A DNA stretch of 64,000 bases from contig OY820579.1 of NCBI GenBank assembly GCA_963681965.1, positions 1,184,001-1,248,000 on the forward strand. The letters run 5' to 3'. Shown in pieces: positions 62,586 to 64,000 of this stretch (position 1 is its first letter; the number at the start of each line of letters is the position of its first letter). This DNA comes from a bacterium. GTDB lineage: Bacteria; Electryoneota; JAOADG01. A model generated the notes under the pieces. It made no database searches. It saw only the letters and a list, made by a program, of their open reading frames with translations, and had not been told where the DNA came from. Made by a program: the position numbers and the translations under genes.

Positions 62586-64000
62586 ATGATTAAGCAACGA
62601 CTTTTATGTTCTGTTATGCGAACAGTCTATCTAGTTCTGGTTATTGGGTTTGCGATTCGGCAAATCGGCGCGTCGGAACCGCCTCGCAAATTCCGATTAC
62701 CAGATACCGGACAGTCAGTAAGTTACACGGACACTTTCGGTGAAGATGCCGATTATAGTTTGAATCCTCCTGTACTGACGAATAATGGCAATAGCACAGT
62801 TACAGATGGTGTAACGGGTTTGATGTGGCAGGCAATCGATGGTGGTGAGATGACTTACGAATCTGCCGTCGCTTACTGCAATAATCTAGTGCTTAGTGGT
62901 TTCAGCGATTGGCGATTACCGACACCCCATGAGTTATTTTCGATTCTGAATCTGGGAAGACAGAATCCTGCTATCGATACTCTATATTTTCCGAACACTC
63001 AAGCAGAATATTGGTGGTCGAGTGATCGACAGGTCGATGATACCACGAAAGTTTGGGTTGTGAATGCCGGTGGTGGAATTGGCAATCATTCGAAAAGCGA
63101 AACGATCAGTGCCGGTGGTATCCGGCGTATTCATGTTCGCGCAGTGCGAGATGTTCAATCCAAAATGATTGGCGATCGCCACTTTACCGCAAACACTACA
63201 ACAGGCATTGTTATCGATCAATTCACCGGCTTGATGTGGCAGCGATTGGTTTCACCAGATACCCTTACGTGGGAGGCTGCCCTTCAGTACGCAGAATCGC
63301 TGACACTCGGTGGGTACTCCGATTGGCGTCTTCCTAATATTAAAGAATTGCAATCGATTAGCGATGAACGGATTCATCACCCTTCACTCGATACAAATTA
63401 CTTCACACTACCAAATCTGAGATATTACTGGTCTTCGACGACGCTTCGCGGAACGACAACCCGTGCTTGGTATCTCGATGACAACTACGGTATCACTACG
63501 TACGCCGAAAAAATTCGAAGTCTAGGTGTTATTTGTGTTCGGGGAACATCTACTACACCACAGACGACACCGGAGATGATTTACCTGAATGGCGGTGAAT
63601 ATGTAATGGGAGATCATCACAACTACGTCGACCCACAACATCCTAGTGATGAGCGCCCTCTCCATACTGTTGTTGTCGACTCATTTTACATTGCGAAGAA
63701 CATGGTCACCAATCAGCAGTACTGCGATTTCTTGAATTCGGCGTACGCACAAGGATTACTCTCAATTTCCAATGGACGAGTAACTGGAATAGGTGATACG
63801 AATACGTATTTTCTAACCCGCATATTTGCAGACTACAGCAGCATCGGGTGGGATGGTACGCAATTTTCGGTTATCGACTACCGGAGCAACCATCCAGTGG
63901 TGGGTGTGCTTTGGTTCGGTACGATTGCCTATTGCAACTGGCTAAGTGGACAACAGGGTTTCCAATCTTGTTATACACTTTCCAATGGAGATTGTAATTT
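62586..64000 (+). CDS. Exported DUF1566 (Lcl-like) x2 + formylglycine-generating-enzyme/SUMF1-domain protein, 3'-truncated by window edge (absent from ORF track)
   Basis: Hand translation: GGAG RBS, MIKQRLL..., LPDTGQ, VTDGVTGLMWQ..DWRLPTPHEL, TGLMWQ..DWRLPNIKEL, then GGEYVMGDHH...DERPLHTVVVDSFYI, HPVVGVLWFG..AYCNWLS; no stop before 64000. Confidence 0.85.
   Translation, partial: MIKQRLLCSVMRTVYLVLVIGFAIRQIGASEPPRKFRLPDTGQSVSYTDTFGEDADYSLNPPVLTNNGNSTVTDGVTGLMWQAIDGGEMTYESAVAYCNNLVLSGFSDWRLPTPHELFSILNLGRQNPAIDTLYFPNTQAEYWWSSDRQVDDTTKVWVVNAGGGIGNHSKSETISAGGIRRIHVRAVRDVQSKMIGDRHFTANTTTGIVIDQFTGLMWQRLVSPDTLTWEAALQYAESLTLGGYSDWRLPNIKELQSISDERIHHPSLDTNYFTLPNLRYYWSSTTLRGTTTRAWYLDDNYGITTYAEKIRSLGVICVRGTSTTPQTTPEMIYLNGGEYVMGDHHNYVDPQHPSDERPLHTVVVDSFYIAKNMVTNQQYCDFLNSAYAQGLLSISNGRVTGIGDTNTYFLTRIFADYSSIGWDGTQFSVIDYRSNHPVVGVLWFGTIAYCNWLSGQQGFQSCYTLSNGDCN

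Noticed and set aside
62586-64000. Diversity-generating retroelement target
   Set aside because: No reverse transcriptase or adenine-specific TR/VR pair in the window; the two DUF1566 copies differ at all base types.

Overview
Chromosomal 64-kb window from a Gram-negative bacterium. It most likely belongs to a non-Bacteroidota FCB-superphylum lineage (inference from several proteins ending in a 'YPNPFN...KxxLxK' C-terminal sorting domain, TonB receptors, an HmuY-like lipoprotein, and clear AGGAGG Shine-Dalgarno sites). Housekeeping and metabolic genes include a partial aminotransferase, pckA, ahpC, yceI, an OPT transporter and an orphan gyrB. The window also has wbpBDE-like nucleotide-sugar genes plus a Wzi-like gene, and a complete divergent pho/pst locus with visible 11-bp-periodic Pho boxes. 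One intact IS3-family element has inverted repeats, a TAG target duplication and a -1 frameshift signal. Four large secreted CTD proteins are present (583-2432 aa). The most interesting signal is at the right end. An ECF sigma / anti-sigma / Spy-CpxP-like triad lies between a secreted metallophosphoesterase and a DUF1566x2 + FGE-sulfatase-domain protein, and three identically spaced promoter-like motifs (G[G/A]AAG-N16-CGTC[T/A]AA) tie these genes into one putative uncharacterised regulon. Other signals are HIP1-like over-representation of CGATCG, dense D-(S/T)-x O-glycosylation-type motifs in exported proteins, a codon-atypical 43-aa insert inside a surface protein, and REP-like palindromes. 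No CRISPR array, rRNA or tRNA was seen. All product calls come from motif recognition, not database searches.
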